Shown one piece after another: positions 8,148-16,312 of a stretch of 64,000 nt of DNA. The stretch lies in IMG/VR virus record IMGVR_UViG_3300027714_000009, positions 1-64,000 of that record; one strand, given 5' to 3'. The first letter of the stretch is position 1. Each line of letters begins with the position of its first letter. The stretch is from a virus. The translations under genes and the position numbers were made by a program. The notes under the pieces are model-generated. The model was not told where the DNA came from. It did not search any database and saw only the letters and a program-made list of their open reading frames with translations.

Positions 8148-9059
8148 TTATTCTCCTTTGTAGTATTTATTATAAAGTTTTTTGTACGCATGCTTAACTG
8201 CATAGTACCTAGTGTGATACAATTTTGCTGTATCTTTTAATATTTGACTATTGCTTACGCCTAAATAATCAAGTATTTTGTCTGTTTTCTTAAACCATTC
8301 AACATCAATTACTAAATGATCTCTATTATAATTCTTTATGTACGACAATGATAAGTCTTGTGCTATTTCATCTGTAGTTTCATGCTTTCGTTCAAACAGT
8401 CTATGAAACGAATAGTCTAATTTAAAACTATTGTTGCCGTCAAGTTGTGCATGGTATAAATCCCAATGAGCAAAATTTAATTGCCACATGTACTGTAGCT
8501 TACCATCTGTTGCATCTTGAATACATTGCTGATGATAGTCTCTATACCAAACTTCTTTCCATTTTCCAATTTCTTTTCCAGCCATTAGCATATGATCTTC
8601 CCACCAAATCTTAGTATGGACATCGATTCTATCTGCAGGCATTCTATTAAATGCATATTGACTTATGTAAAACATTGCACTTTGTTTTGTTGTAGCTTTT
8701 GCAACAATAAGTTTTTCGCATTGTGGAGCAAATTGTGGGTTATCACAACAACCAAAGTAATTACTCCATACTGGGTATTCAAATTTGTTATTAAATTTAA
8801 AATAATCTGTAAGACAATCTACACTACCATTATTTTCTCTTTTGTTTTCCATCATTCTAAGTGATTCTTGATGGGAATTATATAGTTGTGTATCAATAGC
8901 AGAATCGGCACGTAATTCTGAAACTATATTACCAATTGCTAAGTTATCTGGATTTGGGTTTCTGCCTTCGTATATTTGGGGTCCAAAGCGTGGGTCGCTA
9001 GCAAGCCACCAGTGAATTGCTGGTGCGTGTGCATTAACGTGTTGGTATATTCCTATCAT
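8148..9059 (-). CDS. hypothetical protein, paralogue of 10869-11774
   Basis: shared HWWLA, GPQ, WSN, FYISQYAF and YMWQLNFAH motifs. Confidence 0.7.
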   Translation of the reverse strand: MIGIYQHVNAHAPAIHWWLASDPRFGPQIYEGRNPNPDNLAIGNIVSELRADSAIDTQLYNSHQESLRMMENKRENNGSVDCLTDYFKFNNKFEYPVWSNYFGCCDNPQFAPQCEKLIVAKATTKQSAMFYISQYAFNRMPADRIDVHTKIWWEDHMLMAGKEIGKWKEVWYRDYHQQCIQDATDGKLQYMWQLNFAHWDLYHAQLDGNNSFKLDYSFHRLFERKHETTDEIAQDLSLSYIKNYNRDHLVIDVEWFKKTDKILDYLGVSNSQILKDTAKLYHTRYYAVKHAYKKLYNKYYKGE

Positions 9060-9061
9060 AT

Positions 9062-9382
9062 TTACTTTCTAGTTATAGTAGTACTTATCAGTTCGGCTAG
9101 TTCGCCCGATTGTGCCATGTCATTTACAATATCACAGCCGCCTATAAATTCACCGTTTACATATACTTGAGGTATTGTAGGCCAATCACTAAAGTCTTTT
9201 ATGCCTTGCCTTATTTCATCATCTTGTAATATATCAATATATGCAAACTTCTCATTACAATTTTGTAAGTTTTGTACTGTTTGTGCTGAAAATCCACAAG
9301 CTGGAAACGTAGGATTGCCTTTCATATAAAGTACAATAGCATTGCCATTAATTTGTTCTTTTATTTTATCTACTATATTCAT
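9062..9382 (-). CDS. grxD: monothiol glutaredoxin
   Basis: CGFS active site, WPTIPQ, GGCD. Confidence 0.95.
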   Translation of the reverse strand: MNIVDKIKEQINGNAIVLYMKGNPTFPACGFSAQTVQNLQNCNEKFAYIDILQDDEIRQGIKDFSDWPTIPQVYVNGEFIGGCDIVNDMAQSGELAELISTTITRK

Positions 9383-9408
9383 TTTTTCTACTCTCGTTAT
9401 GCAGTTAT

Positions 9409-10284
9409 TTATCTTATAATCTTCTGGGAAAATGGGCCAGTCGAATGTGCGTCTATTTCTGGAAACACAATTTTAAATGTTTCGGAAAAACAATTCCAAT
9501 TGCCGTCTTGTAATAATTCTCTTTTAATTGGGTCACTATTATCAATGTAGTCAATTACTCGTTGGTATTCTTGTGTATAAAAATCTATGGTCTCTTGTTT
9601 CATTGTTAGACCTATTTTTTCAAGTACTGCGGTTGTGTGTTCAAGTTGTGCAATAATATCAGGATGATTATCTATTACACGACCACTAAACCGTGAATTA
9701 TGCTCATATCCTTTATTGTCATTGAATAATTCTTTTTCAGGTAAGTTTGCCCAATGCTGGTTAAAGTTATATCTACTGGAAGCAGGTTCAGTTTTCCAAT
9801 TTAATTTGTTCATAAGTTTATATGTTTTACTCTGTGCGTTATTATCTTCTAAATTATCATAATCAAAAATATGATGTTGATGTGTAATATTAAACATCTT
9901 ACTTGCGGCTATAATTGCCGAAGTGTTTCTCATTATGTCGTTTGACATTGACCAGTATTTTTTTATATATTCTTCACCATACTTATCAGAAGGATTAAGA
10001 GAAGTTAGTAGGTTACCATAACATTCCCAGAAACCGTTTTCTTGGAGTCTATCTTCCCTTGCCCATGCAGACCAACCTACTAATATAATATCGTCTTCTG
10101 TAAATTTAAAATGCAAATCATCTTCAAGCATCATGCAGAATATACCTTGATTGCCTAAGCCAGCATTAGAGTTTTTTATATATTTGTATTCGTCACCAAA
10201 GTTTTTCTGAATCATATCAGGCCAACAAGGCCAGCGCCATCTTCCAAAACTACAACCGTATGTAAAAATTCTTTTTATGGTCAT
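9409..10284 (-). CDS. SGNH/GDSL hydrolase-like protein
   Basis: FTYGCSF block I, GLGN, WS..RED, late DNHP. Confidence 0.6.
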   Translation of the reverse strand: MTIKRIFTYGCSFGRWRWPCWPDMIQKNFGDEYKYIKNSNAGLGNQGIFCMMLEDDLHFKFTEDDIILVGWSAWAREDRLQENGFWECYGNLLTSLNPSDKYGEEYIKKYWSMSNDIMRNTSAIIAASKMFNITHQHHIFDYDNLEDNNAQSKTYKLMNKLNWKTEPASSRYNFNQHWANLPEKELFNDNKGYEHNSRFSGRVIDNHPDIIAQLEHTTAVLEKIGLTMKQETIDFYTQEYQRVIDYIDNSDPIKRELLQDGNWNCFSETFKIVFPEIDAHSTGPFSQKIIR

Positions 10285-10322
10285 ATCCAACTAGTTGTTG
10301 TTATTTTATCTACTGTATTCAT
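10281..10322 (-). pseudogene. 13-codon remnant of the grxD 5' end (MNTVDKITTTSWI)
   Basis: 10301-10324 matches 9361-9384 at 23/24 nt; AAGGA SD; stop overlaps the next ATG. Confidence 0.45.
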
Positions 10323-10341
10323 TTAACTTCCTTAATGTTAC

Positions 10342-10429
10342 TGGCGGAGGGTGAGAGATTCGAACTCTCGGAACCTTGCAGTTCATTGGTTTTCAAGACC
10401 AACGCGATCGACCACTCTGCCAACCCTCC
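10342..10429 (-). tRNA. tRNA-Ser(UGA)
   Basis: GGAGGGT/ACCCTCC acceptor, TTGGT-CT TGA AA-ACCAA, long variable arm, G73, CCA. Confidence 0.95.
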
Positions 10430-10443
10430 ACTATATTAGTTAT

Positions 10444-10857
10444 CTACTTAATTTCGTAGTAGCTAGCACCCTCAGGTACTGGGTTTTTGCCTTGATAATC
10501 TGCAATAGCAGATTTAATTGCATCTTCGGCTAGTACACTGCAATGTATCTTAACTGGAGGTAATGCAAGTTCATGTGCAATATCCATGTTCTTTATTGAG
10601 CCTGCTTTATCTAACGTCATACCTTTTACCATTGTAGTTAATAAACTACTACTAGCAATAGCACTACCGCAACCATAAGTTTTGAATTTAGCATCTTCAA
10701 TAATACCATTTTCATCTACTTTGATTTGTAAACGCATTACGTCTCCACACGCTGGAGCTCCTACCATACCTGTACCAATGTTACTTTCTTCAGCATTAAA
10801 TTTACCTACGTTTCGTGGGTTCTCATAATGGTCCATCACCTTGTCTGAATAAGCCAT
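10444..10857 (-). CDS. iscU: Fe-S cluster scaffold IscU
   Basis: DHYENPRNVG, APACGD, GCGSAIASS, LPPVKIHCS. Confidence 0.97.
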   Translation of the reverse strand: MAYSDKVMDHYENPRNVGKFNAEESNIGTGMVGAPACGDVMRLQIKVDENGIIEDAKFKTYGCGSAIASSSLLTTMVKGMTLDKAGSIKNMDIAHELALPPVKIHCSVLAEDAIKSAIADYQGKNPVPEGASYYEIK

Positions 10858-10868
10858 AGCCTATACTC

Positions 10869-11774
10869 CTATAAATGTTTTGAAAATTTATCTTCGTACA
10901 ATACTTTTTTTCGCATGTACATTTTGTGATAATCTAAATAGAATTTCTTAAGTCTAAATGTGTTTAACATATCAAGGTAACTTAAAATACTGTCTCCTTT
11001 ATCCTTAAACCAATCATCACCTACTACTATATGATCTATTTCTCTATTTGAATATTCAAATAAAGTATCTGTCATTGACTGCTCTGCTATATCGTTGCGT
11101 TTAACTTCAAACAGTCTTCCATGATCATCTGCATCAGGGATCTGTGTATCAGTTCCGCCACTCTTTAAATTGTTTGCCAAGTCATGATGTGCAAAGTTTA
11201 ATTGCCACATGTACTTGAGTGTTCCATCAGTAAATGCCTTATGGAAGACTTCCTTATGCTTATTTAACCAAATGTCGTTAAAAATTGACGATTCTGGGTG
11301 ATCGTTTACCCACTCTGTTGTTTGTTCATCTAAGTCTTCTATTGAATCAATCCACGAAAATGCGTATTGACTAATATAAAAGAATAGTTGTTCTTCAGGA
11401 GTGTTATCTACTAAAATAGTTTTATCTGCTTTAATAACCTGTGTTGTATCAAGTAAGTTACCACCAAAGTTACTCCATAAAAACATATCATGTTTTTCAG
11501 TGTGGTTAGTATCAGCTACGTTTGTAAAAGGAGCTAATACATCTAACTCGCCGGTTGCAGTAGTTGTATCTAATATTAACAGTGATTCTTTATGTGTACT
11601 GTGTAATTCTGCACTACTATCTTCAATTACAATGCCACCAACGTGATCTCCTGCCGGACGCAAATACGCATCAGTAAATGAATACAGCTGCGGTCCTACA
11701 TTAGTTTCATTAGCAAGCCACCAGTGAATTCCTGATGCACTTCCTAGATTGTTTTGATATATTACAGTTTTCAT
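10869..11774 (-). CDS. hypothetical protein, paralogue of 8148-9059
   Basis: HWWLA, GPQLY, FYISQYAF, YMWQLNFAH. Confidence 0.7.
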   Translation of the reverse strand: MKTVIYQNNLGSASGIHWWLANETNVGPQLYSFTDAYLRPAGDHVGGIVIEDSSAELHSTHKESLLILDTTTATGELDVLAPFTNVADTNHTEKHDMFLWSNFGGNLLDTTQVIKADKTILVDNTPEEQLFFYISQYAFSWIDSIEDLDEQTTEWVNDHPESSIFNDIWLNKHKEVFHKAFTDGTLKYMWQLNFAHHDLANNLKSGGTDTQIPDADDHGRLFEVKRNDIAEQSMTDTLFEYSNREIDHIVVGDDWFKDKGDSILSYLDMLNTFRLKKFYLDYHKMYMRKKVLYEDKFSKHL

Positions 11775-11793
11775 TTATTTCCACTATTAAAAT

Positions 11794-11869
11794 TGGTGGA
11801 GCTGGACGGACTCGAACCGACTACCTCCTGCTTGCAAAGCAGGCGCTCTCCCAGGTGAGCTACAGCCCC
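11794..11869 (-). tRNA. tRNA-Ala(UGC)
   Basis: GGGGCTG/CAGCTCC with G3:U70, CCTGC-TT TGC AA-GCAGG, CCA. Confidence 0.95.
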
Positions 11870-11875
11870 GATAAT

Positions 11876-12073
11876 TTAGAAGTACGTACTTAGTACTTCA
11901 AGTTGATCGTGATATTTTGCAATTGCTTGAATCTCTTCTTCAACTGCGTCTATGACACCTGGATGTTCTCCAATGCCTACAGGATTCTTTAAGTAAATTA
12001 GTACGTTGGCTTTATGTTTCGCAATTTGGCCTCTGGCATGAAGTTCAAGTGCTTGCTTTATTGTATCTTCCAT
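11876..12073 (-). CDS. small conserved phage protein
   Basis: NPVGIGEH motif seen in marine T4-like phages; AAGGA SD. Confidence 0.75.
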   Translation of the reverse strand: MEDTIKQALELHARGQIAKHKANVLIYLKNPVGIGEHPGVIDAVEEEIQAIAKYHDQLEVLSTYF

Positions 12074-12177
12074 TACAGTAATCCTTTCCTAACTTATTAC
12101 TATGTGTATTTATGTCCGTTGTCTATTGCTTTTCTCAGCCGGCATTCCTATTAGCCTATTAATTAGTTCTAGTATTT

Positions 12178-12260
12178 TGGTGCCCCAAGAGAGACTCGAA
12201 CTCTCACGCTTTCGCACTAGTTCCTAAGACTAGCGTGTCTACCAATTCCACCATCGGGGC
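12178..12260 (-). tRNA. tRNA-Leu(UAG)
   Basis: GCCCCGA/TTGGGGC, CTAGT-CT TAG GA-ACTAG, variable arm, CCA. Confidence 0.95.
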
Positions 12261-12271
12261 ATAGTATGTAA

Positions 12272-12347
12272 TGGTGCCGATACCAAGAGTCGAACTCGGG
12301 ACCTATTGATTACAAATCAATTGCTCTACCAGCTGAGCTACATCGGC
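12272..12347 (-). tRNA. tRNA-Thr(UGU)
   Basis: GCCGATG/TATCGGC, ATTGA-TT TGT AA-TCAAT, CCA. Confidence 0.95.
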
Positions 12348-12367
12348 ATAATTCGCTTACGTGTTAT

Positions 12368-12532
12368 TTAGTGCTGAATGTTCTCGTTAATTGCAGCCAC
12401 CTTTATTAATACGTCTACACCAATTTTGGGTTCCATATCTGATAAAGGATCATAAAAAGACTCACTTGCATGGGCATGTATATCCATATTCTCTGTTATA
12501 TCAAACAGATAATCAAGTACATCATCTTTCAT
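12368..12532 (-). CDS. small acidic hypothetical protein (54 aa, MKDDVLDYLF...)
   Basis: TAATG overlap with the upstream ORF; fills the gap before tRNA-Thr; below the ORF-track cutoff. Confidence 0.6.
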   Translation of the reverse strand: MKDDVLDYLFDITENMDIHAHASESFYDPLSDMEPKIGVDVLIKVAAINENIQH

Positions 12533-12813
12533 TATTGCAATTCCGGAAACATTTGCTTGACATAGTTCCTTACTATAACTTTCGTGTCATTATCTACAGA
12601 TTCTGATACAATAGCTTCAGTTCCATTTATGCGAACTTCTTCTTTTGCTAGCTGTAACAGTTCACGCTTGTTAAGGCGTTGCACTGCTGATAAATCAACT
12701 ACGTTACTTGTAAGGGCACTAAGAATAAAGTTACTAACATCGTCCTCACTCATTGGGACTTCAATTTTAGCTTTAATCCTCTTTATGCCATCGTCATATT
12801 TAGTTGCTCTCAT
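12532..12813 (-). CDS. hypothetical protein
   Basis: 93-aa ORF downstream of a sigma70 promoter. Confidence 0.75.
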   Translation of the reverse strand: MRATKYDDGIKRIKAKIEVPMSEDDVSNFILSALTSNVVDLSAVQRLNKRELLQLAKEEVRINGTEAIVSESVDNDTKVIVRNYVKQMFPELQ

Positions 12814-12865
12814 TACTTTTTTCCATAATATTCACTTTTTCTAAGTTAAGTTCTTATTAACTACT

Positions 12866-12894
12866 ACTATACTAGTAAGAGTTACATTTGTCAA
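12866..12894 (-). promoter_or_regulatory. sigma70-type promoter
   Basis: TTGACA-N17-TATAGT; only one half-site (gtaaga) of the spacer palindrome. Confidence 0.75.
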
Positions 12895-12925
12895 CCGAAA
12901 TGTCTTGTTTTTTGTGGATTTGTGT

Positions 12926-12948
12926 AAAATAGCGTTATTAACGCTATT
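12926..12948 (-). terminator. intrinsic terminator
   Basis: aatagcgtta-t-taacgctatt inverted repeat plus T tract, directly after the stop of 12947-14320. Confidence 0.65.
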
Positions 12949-14320
12949 ACGGTGTTATTTCTAATGATACTGCTGATACTATTGTTACCCATATTGTACC
13001 ATTCCAACCTTCAAACATATTTGTAGTTGTATTAAAGATAATTTGTCCTAATGCTGGGTTTGCTGGTCTATTACTTGTAGGTTGATTTTCAGCAATTGCA
13101 GCACCTGCTGGGCCTTGAGCACCTGTAGCACCTGTTGTGCCTTTTGCACCTGTTCCCATACGACTAGTACTACTGACAGATGATGTTCCATCAAGTACTG
13201 ATGTAGTAGCTGGTGTACTAGTTACTATTGTTCCACTTTCTGCTAATCCTACTAAGCCTGGTTGGGTGTTTGCTGATACAGGACTTCCTACACTAGTTTC
13301 TTGTACTGTTTGTGTACTACGCTCTGTATACCCAATAACCCTATTACAATGATCGTATATAGGATCTCTTTCTGATAATGGAACAGTCGTGCTTCCATCA
13401 TTGTTTAATTTTGCAATCATCTCTGGTTCTAGTAAATAATCAAAAATGTTATTACCATTTGCATCTACTTCGTATGCTTTTAATCCATTATATAATGATT
13501 GTAAGTTACTTGCATACTGCTGACTTTTTGCTAGTGTCATATTATCCATATCAACTGCTACGCCAACGTTTGCATTTACTCTATTTGTTGGTGAAAATAA
13601 GCTACCGCCATTTGACGAAGCTCCTGCAAAGTTATTTTCAAATTCTATTAAATTTTTCATATCTGAAGTAAACCCATTTAGGTCATTCATAATATCTTGC
13701 TTAATTGCATCTGGTAAACTAGATAACGCTCCAATTTGAGCTCCTAGCTTTCCTAACAATCCACCAGTAAATAGGTCTGGATTAAATTTACCATCTCCGC
13801 CTATACACCCACCAATGTCGCTACTTGCCATTGTGCCAAGTGTGTCAAGTATACCTTTTCCTGCACCTGTAAAACTACCCATTGCATCTCGTAAGACGTT
13901 TGGTATAGCACGTGGTACTACTGGTGTTCCACAGAAGTTAATCATGTTTGCAATAGCGGCAAATTCTGCTACTGCGGCATTAAGTCTACCTAGTGCATTG
14001 TCAATATTTGTATGTGCAATAAATTCGTCTAATGCGGCTTCTGCTTCTTCTAGTTTAGCTTTTAAGTCTTCTAAGCCTGCTGGAATCTCAGGTATTAATC
14101 TACCTAAGTTAATTTTTAAACATATTTGTAAGTTAGGCAATTTAATGCCGTTTCCTGCTAAAAGGCTACATATGATTTCTTTCAAGCTGTATGCTTGTGT
14201 TTGAGCTGTTATACTACCATCATTTGCGTTGACTGTAACTTTACCTGTAGGAATATCTACAGATGTGCCGTTTATATAATCACTAGCATCCTTTATACCT
14301 TCAACGAAATCATTGCTCAT
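12947..14320 (-). CDS. putative virion/baseplate-associated protein with short collagen-like repeat
   Basis: follows the PAAR gene; GAKGTTGATGAQGPAGA; fibre-type C-terminal module GQIIFNTT..FEGWNG. Confidence 0.55.
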   Translation of the reverse strand: MSNDFVEGIKDASDYINGTSVDIPTGKVTVNANDGSITAQTQAYSLKEIICSLLAGNGIKLPNLQICLKINLGRLIPEIPAGLEDLKAKLEEAEAALDEFIAHTNIDNALGRLNAAVAEFAAIANMINFCGTPVVPRAIPNVLRDAMGSFTGAGKGILDTLGTMASSDIGGCIGGDGKFNPDLFTGGLLGKLGAQIGALSSLPDAIKQDIMNDLNGFTSDMKNLIEFENNFAGASSNGGSLFSPTNRVNANVGVAVDMDNMTLAKSQQYASNLQSLYNGLKAYEVDANGNNIFDYLLEPEMIAKLNNDGSTTVPLSERDPIYDHCNRVIGYTERSTQTVQETSVGSPVSANTQPGLVGLAESGTIVTSTPATTSVLDGTSSVSSTSRMGTGAKGTTGATGAQGPAGAAIAENQPTSNRPANPALGQIIFNTTTNMFEGWNGTIWVTIVSAVSLEITP

Positions 14321-14321
14321 A

Positions 14322-14606
14322 TTATAATCCTATGTATACGTCTGGACTTCCAGAACTAGCGTCTGGACCACAATGTGGTGGAATTGGACAGAACACGTCT
14401 GCGCCTGCTGGGTTACCATTTAGTACTACTAGCTTTCCACCTACATAAAAGTTTTTACATCTAGCACCAAGGCTTCCACCGCCATGGCTATTTGGATCTC
14501 CATCAACACTAATTGGTTGAGTGTTTATGTAGACATTCATATGTGCTTGTGCATTTGTAGTTGCACCACATAATCTAGCGTCTCCGTTTCTATGAACCTG
14601 TGGCAA
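14322..14606 (-). CDS. PAAR-domain spike tip protein (gp5.4-like)
   Basis: HRNGD..CG, V.DGD..SHG, GSPDVYIG. Confidence 0.8.
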   Translation of the reverse strand: MPQVHRNGDARLCGATTNAQAHMNVYINTQPISVDGDPNSHGGGSLGARCKNFYVGGKLVVLNGNPAGADVFCPIPPHCGPDASSGSPDVYIGL

Positions 14607-14892
14607 TTGCTATTCCTGTACTTTGTTTAATATACATATCTGCAGCATCTTTTGCTGTTTTAACTATGCATATAACATTATTTATCTTTAGTTTAAACTT
14701 CGCATCTGGAGTTACAGTAAACATAAATGGTGCAAGGCCTACTTGTCCGTCTGGATTTGCTATTAGCATGTAAGGCTTTACTATTGTAATTTCTGTTTCT
14801 GTTTCCGCTTCTAGTCTTGCGACCATTTCTTCACCTGAAGTAAGTTTTAAACTTACTATATCATTCTTCTTGTATTGTACGTCTATTAACAT
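14590..14892 (-). CDS. Sm-like fold phage protein
   Basis: LKLTSGEEMVARL pattern. Confidence 0.5.
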   Translation of the reverse strand: MLIDVQYKKNDIVSLKLTSGEEMVARLEAETETEITIVKPYMLIANPDGQVGLAPFMFTVTPDAKFKLKINNVICIVKTAKDAADMYIKQSTGIAIATGS

Positions 14893-14893
14893 A

Positions 14894-15151
14894 TTAGTTT
14901 CCTATTGTGTATCCAGTACCGTTGTATCCGGTATCTTCGATATATTGTAGTAGTTGATCGTAGCCACCTATATTGAGTTCGCCAATAACTATTTGTGGGA
15001 ACGTTCTTGCTGTTGGAAACTTTTCTGTCATTAGTTCCCTTTCAAAATCTGTGCCTAGCTGTTTATACTCGTATTCATATCCACGTTTTTCGCAAAGTGC
15101 CTTTGCTTGTACGCAATATGGACACGCTGTTTTTCCGTAAATTGTAATCAT
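14894..15151 (-). CDS. glutaredoxin
   Basis: CPYC, TFPQI, IGGY; directly downstream of nrdB. Confidence 0.93.
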   Translation of the reverse strand: MITIYGKTACPYCVQAKALCEKRGYEYEYKQLGTDFERELMTEKFPTARTFPQIVIGELNIGGYDQLLQYIEDTGYNGTGYTIGN

Positions 15152-15166
15152 TGTGCTATCGCTTTG

Positions 15167-16294
15167 TTATAAACTCATTCCTGAGAACGTATCGTCGGAT
15201 ACGTCTTTTTTCACACCGCCGACTATATAAGAACTAATCTCTGTTTCTTGTGGTGCTACTTGTACTTCTGCTCCACTAATCCATTTTGCTGTCCACGGAA
15301 GTGGATTAGACTGTGAAGTTGTATACGGACATTTCATACCCAATGCAACCATACGCTTACAACAAATCCATTCAATATATGAATGTAGTAGCTGTGCATT
15401 TAAGCCAATCATTGATCCGTCTTTGAACAGGTAATCTGCCCATTCTTTTTCTTGCTCTACTGCGTCCACAAACATTTGAATAACTTCTGGCTCGCATTCT
15501 TTTCTTATTTTTTCAAAATCTGGATCTTCTTTAGTTAACACTTTTGACAACAAATACTGTGTACTTGCTAAGTGTACATTTTCATCACGTGCAATGAACT
15601 TAATAATTTTAGCATTACCTTCCATTTTCTTAAGTTCTGCAAATGCCCACGAGCAAGCAAAACTAACATAGAATCTAATACCTTCAAGAACATTAACACT
15701 ATTAACACATAGCCAAACTTTCTTCTTCAGCTCGTACATGTCAATAACAATCTTCTTGCCATTTACTGTATGTGTACCTACGCCTAGTAGATGGTACCAT
15801 TTTGCATAATCAATAAGATCATTGTAGTACTTACTAATGTCGTCTGCACATTCAACAATCTCTTTACTGTCTGCTAATTCGTCAAACACTTTAGTTGGGT
15901 TTGAATAGATATTACGAATAATATGTGTGTAACTACGTGAGTGAATTGTTTCACTAAACGTCCACGTGATAATCCAGTTTTCAAGTTCTGGTAAACTAAC
16001 AATAGGAGCAAATGCTTCTACTGGTGCTCGTCCTTGTACGCTATCTAATAGGATCTGTCTTTTAAGGTTAGCCGTAAAGATATGTTGTTCGTGATCAGTA
16101 AGATCTTTAAAATCTTTTGAATCCTTACTAACATCTACTTCTTCTGGGCGCCAAAAGAAACCTAATTGTTTTTCAGTTAGTTTATCAAACTGTTTATACT
16201 TAACAGTATCATATCGCTGAAACCCAAGATCTCCATCTAGAAACGCATTCGCTTCTGTGTGGTATTTTTCATTTTTTACATTTAGTATTGACAT
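15167..16294 (-). CDS. nrdB: ribonucleotide reductase class Ia beta subunit
   Basis: FFWRPEE, ETIHSRSY, EGIRFYVSF, DENVH, VAPQETEISSY. Confidence 0.98.
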   Translation of the reverse strand: MSILNVKNEKYHTEANAFLDGDLGFQRYDTVKYKQFDKLTEKQLGFFWRPEEVDVSKDSKDFKDLTDHEQHIFTANLKRQILLDSVQGRAPVEAFAPIVSLPELENWIITWTFSETIHSRSYTHIIRNIYSNPTKVFDELADSKEIVECADDISKYYNDLIDYAKWYHLLGVGTHTVNGKKIVIDMYELKKKVWLCVNSVNVLEGIRFYVSFACSWAFAELKKMEGNAKIIKFIARDENVHLASTQYLLSKVLTKEDPDFEKIRKECEPEVIQMFVDAVEQEKEWADYLFKDGSMIGLNAQLLHSYIEWICCKRMVALGMKCPYTTSQSNPLPWTAKWISGAEVQVAPQETEISSYIVGGVKKDVSDDTFSGMSL

Positions 16295-16312
16295 TATCTC
16301 TCATCTTCTCTT

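Noticed and set aside
12113-12177. Possible tRNA-associated (theta/HDV-like) ribozyme 3' of tRNA-Leu
   Set aside because: AT-rich; I could not build the nested double pseudoknot
12178-12260. tRNAs with TAG/TGA triplets as possible stop suppressors or sign of genetic-code change
   Set aside because: These are anticodons UAG (Leu, reads CUA) and UGA (Ser, reads UCA); TAA, TAG and TGA all end genes normally here
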